Shown in pieces: positions 54,773 to 63,658 of a stretch of 64,000 bases of DNA. Every line of letters begins with the position of its first letter. Position 1 is the stretch's first letter. The notes beneath the pieces were generated by a model, which was not told where the DNA came from, made no database searches, and saw only the letters and a program-made list of their open reading frames with translations. The DNA is from Candidatus Parcubacteria bacterium (GTDB taxonomy: Bacteria; Patescibacteriota; Minisyncoccia; Phycocordibacterales; EsbW-18): the NCBI GenBank assembly GCA_039798445.1, contig JBDKFZ010000017.1, forward strand, positions 4,195 through 68,194, written 5' to 3'. The translations under genes were made by a program, and so were the position numbers.

Positions 54773-56134
54773 TTATTTCTTGATGATTCTTGGTCCCGAG
54801 GCCGTGTCTTCAACATCAAATCCAAGATCCTGCAATTCTTTTCGAAGTGTGTCAGATGTTGTCCAGTCTTTTGCGAGGCGGGCAGCTTCGCGTTTTTCGG
54901 CGAGTTCTGATACCTCAGTCGGGATCTCAAACGTCACTACTTCATCGAGCTTAAGACCCAATGCGTCATCAAATGAGAGAATCGTGGTCTTTTTGTCTGC
55001 ATCAGAAAGAGAAGTGTCTTTGAGGGCTTCCCACACAATGGCGAGCGCTTGAGGTGTCCCGAGGTCATCATTCAAAGCTTCGTCAAAGCGGTTTTTGTAT
55101 TCTTCATTGATTGCACCGCCGTCGGGCAATTCTGCGAGGCGCGTTTTTAATTTATCGTATGCGACATACGCAGCGTCGAGCGACTCAAATGTGAAGTTAA
55201 GTGGGCTTCGGTAGTGTGATGTGAGGAGAAGATATCGGAATGCAAGCAGATGATAGTAACCTTTATTTTTGAGATCTTGGAGTGTGTAGAAATTTCCAAG
55301 AGACTTTGACATCTTCTTTCCATCAACCAATATCCATCCGTTGTGGAGCCAGTAGCGGACGAATTGATGACCGGTGCATCCTTCTGATTGTGCTATCTCG
55401 TTATCATGGTGGGGGAAGATGTTGTCGATGCCGCCAGTGTGAACGTCAAAGCTTTCGCCGAGGTTTTTCATACTCATTGCAGAGCATTCGATGTGCCAGC
55501 CTGGGCGGCCCTTGCCAAGACGAGTCTCCCAGAACACGTCACCATCGGTCTCATCCCACGCTTTCCAAAGCGCAAAGTCAGAAGGGTTTTCTTTGTCGTA
55601 CTCGTCTTTTTTGATGCGCCCTGCGGCATTCTCTTTGAGGGTTTCTTGGTCGAGACCGACAAGCTGACCGTAGTGTTTGAACTGGTCGATCTTGTAGTAG
55701 ATGCTTCCATCATCACTGCGATATGCGAAGCCTTTCTCAAGGAGCTTTTCGGTGATGTCGACCATCTCGTCGATATATGCAGTTGCGCGAGGGTATTCGT
55801 TTGCAGGGATGATATTGAGCTCCTCAATTTCTTTGAGAAATCCCTCGGTATAGAATTCAGTAAATTCTTGGAGTGTTTTGCCGGCCTTTTGTGAATCCCG
55901 GATAGTCTTGTCGTCGACGTCGGTGATGTTCATGATGTGTGTGACATCAAAACCATTTCGCATGAGTGCTCGTTTGAGCGTGTCAGCGAAAATGTAGGCT
56001 CGGTAGTTGCCTATGTGTGGATAGTTGTAGACCGTGGGACCACAGCTGTAGAAACCAACTTTGCCTGGGATGATAGGGACGAACTCCTCTTTCTTTTTGG
56101 TGAGTGTGTTGTGGAACGAAAGCATTGTGTCCAT
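54773..56134 (-). CDS. cysS: cysteinyl-tRNA synthetase
   Basis: HIGH motif (YPHIGNYRAY), KMSKS motif, Zn-binding Cys; 453 aa. Confidence 0.95.
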   Translation of the reverse strand: MDTMLSFHNTLTKKKEEFVPIIPGKVGFYSCGPTVYNYPHIGNYRAYIFADTLKRALMRNGFDVTHIMNITDVDDKTIRDSQKAGKTLQEFTEFYTEGFLKEIEELNIIPANEYPRATAYIDEMVDITEKLLEKGFAYRSDDGSIYYKIDQFKHYGQLVGLDQETLKENAAGRIKKDEYDKENPSDFALWKAWDETDGDVFWETRLGKGRPGWHIECSAMSMKNLGESFDVHTGGIDNIFPHHDNEIAQSEGCTGHQFVRYWLHNGWILVDGKKMSKSLGNFYTLQDLKNKGYYHLLAFRYLLLTSHYRSPLNFTFESLDAAYVAYDKLKTRLAELPDGGAINEEYKNRFDEALNDDLGTPQALAIVWEALKDTSLSDADKKTTILSFDDALGLKLDEVVTFEIPTEVSELAEKREAARLAKDWTTSDTLRKELQDLGFDVEDTASGPRIIKK

Positions 56135-56162
56135 ATTCTACTTCATGCGATACTGGGACGCC

Positions 56163-57353
56163 ATGAAGCCACGTATCATCATTGGTTCACTCGTTCTCCT
56201 CGGTCTCGGCTTCTTTGTGGGCCGTCAATCGGTCTTGCCAAGCCAGCTTGTGAGTGGTGTTTATAACACCGAGAATGCTAGCACCACTGAGAACGTCGAC
56301 TTCCAGCCTTTTTGGGATGCGTGGAATACCATCAATGAGCGATATGAGGGGACAGACCCTGTTGATGCTCAAACCAAGGTGTGGGGGGCTATCCAAGGCC
56401 TTGCAGATTCGTTGGGAGACCCGTACACGGTCTTTCTTCCTCCAGAAGACAACGAAGCCTTCGGTGAATTAATCGGTGGCAGCTTTGGTGGGGTAGGAAT
56501 GGAGATAGGGAAGGAGGACGACGTCTTGGTTGTCATGGCTCCCCTCAAGGGAACTCCGGCCGAACGAGCCGGTGTTCGTGCGGGAGACATGATTGTTGAG
56601 ATTGGTACGACGACCACCAATGGATTGAGTGTTGATGAAGCGGTGGATTTGATTCGTGGTGAACCGGGGACATCCATCAGTATTACTTTTTTCCGAGAAG
56701 GGGAGACCGAACCGCGCGAACTGACCATTGTTCGCGAAAAGATCATCGTTCCAACGCTTGATACCGAACTCCGTGCTGACGGTATCTTTGTCATTTCTCT
56801 CTACAACTTTGATGCACATGCGACTGCCGATTTTAGAAAAGCAATCAAAGAATTCTCTGAGACGAGGAGCGACAAGCTCATCATCGATGTTCGCGGCAAT
56901 CCAGGAGGATATCTTGATGCCGCCGTCTCGATTGCGAGCTACTTCCTTCCTGAAGGAGAGGTGATTGTGCGAGAGTCGGTCGATGGTGCTGAGGAAACTG
57001 TGTACCGAAGCAAGGGATATGCGCGCGCTAGCAAGCCACTCAAGATGGTTGTGCTCGTTGATGGGGGTTCAGCGTCAGCGTCGGAGATTCTTGCCGGCGC
57101 TCTCCAAGAGAACAACATTGCCAAGCTTGTTGGTTCCCAAACATTCGGCAAGGGATCGGTACAAGAGCTCATCCCAATCACCGGCGACACGTCACTCAAG
57201 CTCACTATTGCTCAATGGCTTACTCCTGGAGGCACATCAATTTCAAAAGAAGGCCTAACTCCCGATATTGTTGTCGAACGCACTGCCGAAGATTTTGAGG
57301 CAGATAAGGACCCCCAGCTTGATGCCGCGGTGGCAGATATCCTCGCTCGTTAG
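56163..57353 (+). CDS. ctpA: carboxyl-terminal processing protease (S41 family, PDZ domain)
   Basis: N-terminal TM; GGVGMEIGKEDDVLVVMAPLKGTPAERAGVRAGDMIVEI (PDZ); LIIDVRGNPGGYL and GSASASEILAGAL (S41 Ser/Lys catalytic region). Start at internal ATG; the track ORF 56061 overlaps the cysS start. Confidence 0.85.
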   Translation: MKPRIIIGSLVLLGLGFFVGRQSVLPSQLVSGVYNTENASTTENVDFQPFWDAWNTINERYEGTDPVDAQTKVWGAIQGLADSLGDPYTVFLPPEDNEAFGELIGGSFGGVGMEIGKEDDVLVVMAPLKGTPAERAGVRAGDMIVEIGTTTTNGLSVDEAVDLIRGEPGTSISITFFREGETEPRELTIVREKIIVPTLDTELRADGIFVISLYNFDAHATADFRKAIKEFSETRSDKLIIDVRGNPGGYLDAAVSIASYFLPEGEVIVRESVDGAEETVYRSKGYARASKPLKMVVLVDGGSASASEILAGALQENNIAKLVGSQTFGKGSVQELIPITGDTSLKLTIAQWLTPGGTSISKEGLTPDIVVERTAEDFEADKDPQLDAAVADILAR

Positions 57354-57394
57354 ACCGATTGTCTTTATAACCCCACCATAGTATTCTTTCGCCC

Positions 57395-57838
57395 ATGGAA
57401 GTAATCCTTTTGAAAGACGTCCCGAAGGTCGGTCAGCGCTACGAAGCCGTCACTGTTTCTGAGGGCTATGCCGTCAACTTTCTCATTCCTCGAGGATTGG
57501 CTAAGGCTGCGACTGCAAATGCAAAGAAAGAGCTCGAGATGAAGAAGGCGAAGTTGGAGCATGGTATGAAAGCCGAAGAATCCAAGATTGTTGAGGGCAT
57601 CGTTGCTGCCAATGGCAAGACTGTCACAATTCGGCGCAAGGCAAGTGACGAGGGCAATCTTTTCGCAGGCATTCATGCTGATGCAATCACTGCAGCAGTC
57701 TACGATCAGCTCGGCGTCTCTCTTCCCGAAGAGCTCTTCAATATTGATCACATCAAAGCTCTTGGCACGTATGAAATGAACCTCGAGTGCAAAGGCAAAA
57801 AGGGGAAGGTTACGCTTCTTGTTGAACGCGAAGACTAA
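57395..57838 (+). CDS. rplI: 50S ribosomal protein L9
   Basis: MEVILLKDVPKVGQRYEAVTVSEGYAVNFLIPRGLA...; 147 aa. Confidence 0.95.
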   Translation: MEVILLKDVPKVGQRYEAVTVSEGYAVNFLIPRGLAKAATANAKKELEMKKAKLEHGMKAEESKIVEGIVAANGKTVTIRRKASDEGNLFAGIHADAITAAVYDQLGVSLPEELFNIDHIKALGTYEMNLECKGKKGKVTLLVERED

Positions 57839-57871
57839 GGAAGCAATTTGCAATAAGCAATTAAAAAAACG

Positions 57872-57903
57872 AAAAACCTCCGATTTTTGTCGGAGGTTTT
57901 TCT
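57872..57903. terminator. bidirectional rho-independent terminator between rplI and rpmA
   Basis: AAAAACCTCCGA-tttttg-TCGGAGGTTTTT. Confidence 0.7.
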
Positions 57904-57922
57904 AATTGCCAATTGCTCGTTG

Positions 57923-58195
57923 CTATTTTACGTGGACGATCTTTCGAGTGACCTTTGCACCGTCGTAACGGATTTTTCGCTTGTTGCCGAATGATACGGT
58001 TCCAGGAACGAGAGCGAAGAGGGTGTGGTCCTTACCCATACCAACGTTGGTACCTGGGATGACTTCTGTTCCGCGCTGGCGGACGATGATTGCGCCTGCC
58101 TTTGCTGTTTGACCATCAGAAAGCTTCACACCGAGGAATTTCGGGTTTGAGTCTCTAAGGTTTCGGGCTGTACCACCCGCTTTTCTATGTGCCAT
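57923..58195 (-). CDS. rpmA: 50S ribosomal protein L27
   Basis: [24 protein letters not shown]...; 90 aa. Confidence 0.95.
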   Translation of the reverse strand: MAHRKAGGTARNLRDSNPKFLGVKLSDGQTAKAGAIIVRQRGTEVIPGTNVGMGKDHTLFALVPGTVSFGNKRKIRYDGAKVTRKIVHVK

Positions 58196-58238
58196 AAAAT
58201 TTTATCTTGTATTGAGACCTCGCCTTTATCCTTGGGGG

Positions 58239-58724
58239 ATGTTGGCTCGAATCGCTGGTTACGTGGGCTCTAGAATAGCACGAACCCTTAAACAGGGCAA
58301 GATGGCCTGCCTCAGTCTTACGCTATGGGGTAAGGCTCATATTGGGGATGAGGATCTCAAACGGCAGGCTCTTGGAGCTTTGATGGTCCTTGGGCTTGCT
58401 GTGGGCTCCTGGTGCCTCGGAAGGCTCTCTATGAGCCCCACATGGAGCTCGGCGGCCGTATCTGCGGTAGAGATTAAAGATGTGTTTAAAGATGCTCAGG
58501 ATAGATTCGCCTGCCGTTCTCAAAATGATGCCCAAGGCAGGGAAGAGGGGATAGAGAGCCCCAGTCGACTCGAAGGCTCAGTTGTCGGGTCAAAGAATGG
58601 ATCCAAGTATCACCTTCCCCGGTGCTCCGGAGCGAACTCCATCAAAGAAGAGAATAAGATATGGTTCGCATCTGAGTCAGCCGCACAGGCGGCAGGATAT
58701 ACGAGAGCGGGGAATTGCAAATAG
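58239..58724 (+). CDS. hypothetical exported protein with C-terminal Cys/His motif (start uncertain)
   Basis: Hydrophobic segment ALGALMVLGLAVGSWCLG; C-terminus KYHLPRCSGANSIKEENKIWFASESAAQAAGYTRAGNC resembles a small Cys-containing 'sunset-like' putative metal-binding module. Track ORF starts at TTG 58212; ATGs at 58239 and 58302 are alternatives. Confidence 0.4.
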   Translation: MLARIAGYVGSRIARTLKQGKMACLSLTLWGKAHIGDEDLKRQALGALMVLGLAVGSWCLGRLSMSPTWSSAAVSAVEIKDVFKDAQDRFACRSQNDAQGREEGIESPSRLEGSVVGSKNGSKYHLPRCSGANSIKEENKIWFASESAAQAAGYTRAGNCK

Positions 58725-58783
58725 CCAATTCTGTGGTGTTGGGGTATAGGGGTCTAGAAAGATATACCTGTCGCACAATATAT

Positions 58784-58911
58784 CTTTTACGACACGTTAT
58801 CCGTGGATAAGCCGTGCTTTGCCTGCAGGGCTTTATTCGTCCACGCTCTTCCGTGTCGTAAAAGATCCCCAAGATTGTGCAACAGTGAGTACACCATCGC
58901 ACAATCTTGGG
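58784..58911. repeat. cluster of inverted repeats in a 380-bp intergenic region
   Basis: IR2: CTTTTACGACACG (58784-58796) / CGTGTCGTAAAAG (58852-58864). IR1: CCCAAGATTGTGC (58868-58880) / GCACAATCTTGGG (58899-58911), 13-bp perfect arms. Also palindromes TTATCC-GT-GGATAA and CCTGCAGG; a further hairpin CTCCCCCG..CGGGGGAG at 58974-59005. Confidence 0.6.
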
Positions 58912-59045
58912 TCCACCCCTTTCTTTGTCGTAGGCTTCTTTAAGGCCTGATAAGAGATTCTTTGCACCACCCTCTCCCCCGCAAAAATCAAAAAATACGG
59001 GGGAGTCGGAGTTCTTAAAATCTGATACCTACTTCTCTGTTCTAA

Positions 59046-59070
59046 AAACAAAAACCCCAATAGGGGCTCT
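59046..59070 (-). terminator. rho-independent terminator for the minus-strand small membrane gene
   Basis: On minus strand: GAGCCCC-tatt-GGGG then TTTTTGTTTTT. Confidence 0.6.
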
Positions 59071-59104
59071 TGTTATAAAAATTTGATTCAAACTACCTAC
59101 TTGC

Positions 59105-59395
59105 CTACTGCATCATCGCCTCTACTGGGGATCCATTCTTCATTCCTGCAAGTCCGTTGAGTATGAGCTCCCAGAGGAACTTGATGATGTTTTCGAAGAC
59201 CCAATGTGCAGGAGCTGCGAGCCAGGTGCTCCAGATGTGCTTCGCCATCTCCCATGCGTATGCGAGGTTTTCTTTGACCACCGGTGAGGCCAAGATGTCT
59301 TTGATATTCAAACCGAAGTATCCAAGGATGATCAAACCGATGACGATAAGAATGATCAGCTTGATGAATCCCCTTGTGCCGTTTTTCTTTTCCAT
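59105..59395 (-). CDS. small membrane protein (96 aa)
   Basis: N-terminal TM FIKLIILIVIGLIILGYFGL; Trp-rich amphipathic C-terminus; no family recognised. Confidence 0.45.
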   Translation of the reverse strand: MEKKNGTRGFIKLIILIVIGLIILGYFGLNIKDILASPVVKENLAYAWEMAKHIWSTWLAAPAHWVFENIIKFLWELILNGLAGMKNGSPVEAMMQ

Positions 59396-59425
59396 GAAAA
59401 AGTTGAGCGTCGTTACTACTAAGAT

Positions 59426-60730
59426 CTACTCTGGTAGATATGATAGCGGATTCAAATACGCTTCATAGGGGGCGTATGGGACTTTGGCGTTCTTACATCC
59501 GTTGCTCCATGAGAACGGCGAAACTTTGACGGCTTCTCGGTCGAAGGCCGAAAAGTGAAGATGCGGTCCGGTTGCGTAGCCGCTTTGACCCGAATAGCCA
59601 ATAATCTGACCCGTAGTTACCGAATCCCCTGCACTCACATTGAAAACCGAAAGGTGCGCGTAGAGCGTCGACAAGCCGTTGTCGTGGTCTATGAGAATCC
59701 ATTTGCCGTAAGAATAACAACCCGGAGTTTTGTCCATGTCAACAGCATCACGAACGGTCCCTGAAGCGGCTGCAAGAAGCGGTGTTCCTACTGATGCCTT
59801 AAAGTCGATGCCGCGGTGGGGGTTTGGATTGCCTTGTGCGTCGTATCCGTAGGAACCACTTGCAGCAAAACTTGTGATGCCGTATCCCTGAGTGAGTATT
59901 GGGTTCGCAATAGGCCAGGCAAGCCCGCCGCTCCCCTCTTGTGGTAAGCGCGAAGGGTCAAGGATGTAGGTGAGCTTCGATTCGTATTCTTGCATCGCGG
60001 TTTCGATTTGTGTACGTGCAGCTTGTTTCTCTGCGAGGAGTGCCTGATACTCAGCTTCTTTATTTTTTGTCACTGCGAGAAGATCACTTTTGTTTTTTGC
60101 GTTCTCATCAATGACGCGCTGTTGTCCTGCGAGGTTGTCTTTGAACGCCGTGAGGTTCTCACGTTCGGAGCGCTGCTTTGTATGCTGACCTTCAAGATCG
60201 GCTTTGACAGCGCGAAGGTCAGCGAGCTGTGCATAGATGGTGTTTTGCAACTGCTCCATTTGATCGAGCTCAACCCAGAGGTCGGAGATTGATTCGTTGG
60301 CGAGGATTGTCTCGATGAGTGATTCTCCGTCGGCAACATGAATGTCGCGGAGTGCGCTTGCGAGGATGCGATCGTTACGCTCGATCTTGCTCTCACTGTC
60401 ATCGATGTCTATCTCGATCTCACGGATGGTGTATGTCGCCTGCTCAATCTTCTTTTGTGTGAGTGAGATGTCGGTGAGAAGCTTTTTGCGCGTGAGGTTG
60501 AGTTCGTTGATGGCCGCTTGGAGAGTCGACTTTTCGGCACCGACCATTTGAAGTTGTCGTTCGAATTCGGCGATTTCTTTGTTGATTTGTTCGACTTGGT
60601 CTTGGGTCTCGGCGATCTTTTCACGCAAATCATCAGCCTCGTCGGCACGGGTCAAAACCGGCACAAAAATTACCCCTAAAATCGCTATAAAGATGAGATG
60701 TGCGGCAAATGTCGAAAGGCGTTTGAACAT
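59426..60730 (-). CDS. M23-family peptidoglycan DD-metalloendopeptidase with N-terminal coiled coil (EnvC-like)
   Basis: Signal/TM, about 250-aa coiled coil, LytM domain (HRGIDFKASVGTPLLAAASGTV...DHDNGLSTLYAHLS...GYSGQSGYATGPHLHF); 434 aa. Confidence 0.85.
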   Translation of the reverse strand: MFKRLSTFAAHLIFIAILGVIFVPVLTRADEADDLREKIAETQDQVEQINKEIAEFERQLQMVGAEKSTLQAAINELNLTRKKLLTDISLTQKKIEQATYTIREIEIDIDDSESKIERNDRILASALRDIHVADGESLIETILANESISDLWVELDQMEQLQNTIYAQLADLRAVKADLEGQHTKQRSERENLTAFKDNLAGQQRVIDENAKNKSDLLAVTKNKEAEYQALLAEKQAARTQIETAMQEYESKLTYILDPSRLPQEGSGGLAWPIANPILTQGYGITSFAASGSYGYDAQGNPNPHRGIDFKASVGTPLLAAASGTVRDAVDMDKTPGCYSYGKWILIDHDNGLSTLYAHLSVFNVSAGDSVTTGQIIGYSGQSGYATGPHLHFSAFDREAVKVSPFSWSNGCKNAKVPYAPYEAYLNPLSYLPE

Positions 60731-60733
60731 GGC

Positions 60734-62068
60734 TTATAGGGCATTCTGGAGGCTTTGGAGGCCTGTTTCGAGGCGTTTGAGGGTCACAGCCTTGCCCAGG
60801 ATGCCTGCGCAGACAAAGGGGTCAGGGGATTTGTCCTTCCCCGACAGGGCATAGCGGATAGGCCAGAGAACGTTCCCTCTCCCCTTCTCTTCGGCGTACG
60901 GCCACAGAAGCTCCTTAGCTTCGTTAGCTTCAATAGCTTCGTTAGGAAGACTGTTTAGAAGTTCAATGGCTTTTTTCAGATGTTCGATGGTTTCTTCTTT
61001 TGATGCAGCTTTCCAGACGAGCTTTTCGGCTTCGTACACCGGTTCGCTCAAAACGTAGTCGAACTCCCCTGCTGTAAAAAGGTCTTTGATCTCGCCGAAT
61101 GCGCTGATACGGTCAATGATGACGGATTCGAGTTTGAGAAGAACGTCGTCAGAGACTTCTGCCGGTGCGAATTCTCGCACGAGTTTTGTGCGTTCTTCGG
61201 GAGAAAGCAATTTGATGTATTCACGATTGATCCAATCGAGTTTCTCGACATTGAACACCGCACCGCCTTTTTGCACGTTCTCGAGTTTGAACTGTGCAAT
61301 TAATTCATCAAGCGAAAGGATCTCTTGTTCTGTCCCGGGGTTCCATCCAAGCAATGCAACAAAGTTGATGATTGCGGCAGAAAGATATCCACGTGAACGA
61401 TAGTATGTGAGCCAAACCGTTTCGCCGTGTTTGCGCTTGGAGAGCTTTGATTTGTCGGCTGCGAGCACAAGCGGAAGGTGTGCGTAGACGGGGCGAGGCG
61501 CGCCGATTGCTTCCTGAATCAGAATCTGGCGAGGAGTATTTGAAAGATGTTCTTCGGCACGGATCACGTGCGTGATACCCATGTCGAAATCGTCTGCGAC
61601 GACCGCGAAGTGATAGAGCGGTTCGTCGATTGAGCGTGCGATGATGAAATCACCGAGGTCTGTCGTGTCGATTGATACCTCACCACGAATGAGATCGTTG
61701 ATGACAACGACTTTGTTCGGATTCTTAAAACGAATCACCTCATCTCGCTGACCCTCTTCTTTGGGTGTCTCTTTTGAGATGTATGCCTTTCCTTCGTCGA
61801 TGATCTTTTGGAGATACTCTTTGTGTTTTGGTGCTCGTTCTGACTGGATGACAAAGACGTCGTGTTCCAATCCAAGCCATTTGAGATCTTCGACGAGGCC
61901 GGTCGTCCATTCGGGCTTATTTCGTGCTGCGTCGGTATCTTCGATACGCAAAGCAAAGGTGCCCTTGTTTTGTCGGGCGTAGAGGAATGAAAAAAGCGCG
62001 GTACGAACTCCTCCCATGTGGAGAAATCCTGTCGGTGAAGGCGCGAAGCGGGTTACAACGGAAGTCAT
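60734..62068 (-). CDS. gltX: glutamyl-tRNA synthetase
   Basis: FAPSPTGFLHMGGVRTALFSFLYAR (HIGH region), KLSKR (KMSKS); 444 aa. Confidence 0.95.
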   Translation of the reverse strand: MTSVVTRFAPSPTGFLHMGGVRTALFSFLYARQNKGTFALRIEDTDAARNKPEWTTGLVEDLKWLGLEHDVFVIQSERAPKHKEYLQKIIDEGKAYISKETPKEEGQRDEVIRFKNPNKVVVINDLIRGEVSIDTTDLGDFIIARSIDEPLYHFAVVADDFDMGITHVIRAEEHLSNTPRQILIQEAIGAPRPVYAHLPLVLAADKSKLSKRKHGETVWLTYYRSRGYLSAAIINFVALLGWNPGTEQEILSLDELIAQFKLENVQKGGAVFNVEKLDWINREYIKLLSPEERTKLVREFAPAEVSDDVLLKLESVIIDRISAFGEIKDLFTAGEFDYVLSEPVYEAEKLVWKAASKEETIEHLKKAIELLNSLPNEAIEANEAKELLWPYAEEKGRGNVLWPIRYALSGKDKSPDPFVCAGILGKAVTLKRLETGLQSLQNAL

Positions 62069-62117
62069 GCGCTTATTTTAGCATAAAACGAAAAGGGCCT
62101 CTCGTATCTAAGAATGT

Positions 62118-62486
62118 TCAGATCTTTTCTTTTATTGCCTCGAATTCAAAGTTGTATGTGTTGGCATCCGCTTTAGTGACCCATGCAAATTCGGAGTGTT
62201 CAGAACTCAATTGAATATTTGATGATTCCTTGCTCTCGCATTCGAATATAACAAGGAGTGTTTCTTTGCTATCACTTAGACCAACATCTAAAACATTCTT
62301 TACCACGATATCTTCGAGACCCGTTTCTTCTCGGAGTTCTCTTCTTAGTCCAGCTTCGGGCGATTGGTCATCTTCGAGTCTTCCTCCAGGTAAAACCCAA
62401 TAATCTCCTCTTTTTAAGATGAGAGTCTGTCCAAGATTATTTCTAATGAGTGCGTGAAGATTAACTTTGAATGTCTTATGTTGCAC
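62118..62486 (-). CDS. NUDIX hydrolase, low GC (about 40%)
   Basis: Nudix box GGRLEDDQSPEAGLRRELREETGL; 122 aa. Confidence 0.8.
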   Translation of the reverse strand: MQHKTFKVNLHALIRNNLGQTLILKRGDYWVLPGGRLEDDQSPEAGLRRELREETGLEDIVVKNVLDVGLSDSKETLLVIFECESKESSNIQLSSEHSEFAWVTKADANTYNFEFEAIKEKI

Positions 62487-62509
62487 AAAAGTATTTTTTG
62501 TAAGTAATA

Positions 62510-63658
62510 CTAGTTCTCGTGCTCGAGGGCCAATTCAATCACTTCACGGGCGATTTTGTCGGCTGCGTCAGGACGTGCAAATGCTTTGGCGGCAACGGAC
62601 ATCTTTTCACGCTCTGCAGGGTTTTCCATGAGACGGTCGATTTCGGAAACAATGAGGTGCGGGGTGAGGTTTGCTTGTTCGATGACGAGTGCGGCGCCGG
62701 TGCGGGCATAGGCAAAAGCGTTGCTACGCTGATCACGGCTCACATCCTCAGGAATTGGAATGATGAACGATGGCTTGCCCCATGCAGCGATTTCGAAGAT
62801 GGCATTTGAGCCTGCGCGTGAGATAACGAGCGACGCAGCGCCGGCGGCCATGCGCATTGCAAGAAGATCGAGGTATGCAAAAGGCTTGTAACGGTTGGTG
62901 TGTTGGTTACCACTAAGGATGATGTCCGCAGTACCCTTGGTGATTTCGTACAACGCCTTCCCTGTTTGGTGGATGACGTAATATTTTTCGAGAAGTTCAG
63001 GCAATGCCTCAATGAGGGTTTCATTGATGCGCTGAGCACCCTGTGATCCTCCCAATACCAAGATGACCGGGAGATCTTCTTTGAGGTCAAGGAATTCTTT
63101 TGCTCCTTCAGATGCCGGCGTAAGGAGATCTTTGCGGACAGGATTACCAGTAAGCGCGATTTTACCTCCCGCTTTTGCTGCGAGTTTGCCGAATGCATCG
63201 GCTGCTTCTGGATATGAGATAGCGATACGCTTTGCGAACTTGGAAGCCCACGCGCCACCTTTGCTTGGAACGCTGTCTGATTCGTGGATGATGACGGGAA
63301 TGCCGAGGATGCGCGCCGCAAAAAGCACCGGACCGCTCGCATAGCCACCTTTGCTGAAGACGACATCAGGAAAGATGAAGAAGAGCTTCACGAGTGCCTT
63401 CATGATGCCGATCGCGGTTTTGAAGAAATCAAAAAAGTTCTTGATCGAACGATACTCACGCATCTTGCCCGCGTTCACATGCTGGTATGTGATGTTCTGC
63501 TCGAAGAGCATATCTTTGTCGTATTCCTCCGGAGCGAGGTAATACAAATCTGGTTCGAGGAGATGTTCCTCACGAGCAATAGCGCGAAGACGCTCGGCGA
63601 CCGCCATAAGCGGATAAAAGTGTCCCCCGCTTCCTCCTCCTGTCAGTACGATTTTCAT
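62510..63658 (-). CDS. murG: undecaprenyldiphospho-muramoylpentapeptide beta-N-acetylglucosaminyltransferase MurG
   Basis: MKIVLTGGGSGGHFYPLMAVAERL; GT28 two-domain order; 382 aa. Confidence 0.95.
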   Translation of the reverse strand: MKIVLTGGGSGGHFYPLMAVAERLRAIAREEHLLEPDLYYLAPEEYDKDMLFEQNITYQHVNAGKMREYRSIKNFFDFFKTAIGIMKALVKLFFIFPDVVFSKGGYASGPVLFAARILGIPVIIHESDSVPSKGGAWASKFAKRIAISYPEAADAFGKLAAKAGGKIALTGNPVRKDLLTPASEGAKEFLDLKEDLPVILVLGGSQGAQRINETLIEALPELLEKYYVIHQTGKALYEITKGTADIILSGNQHTNRYKPFAYLDLLAMRMAAGAASLVISRAGSNAIFEIAAWGKPSFIIPIPEDVSRDQRSNAFAYARTGAALVIEQANLTPHLIVSEIDRLMENPAEREKMSVAAKAFARPDAADKIAREVIELALEHEN

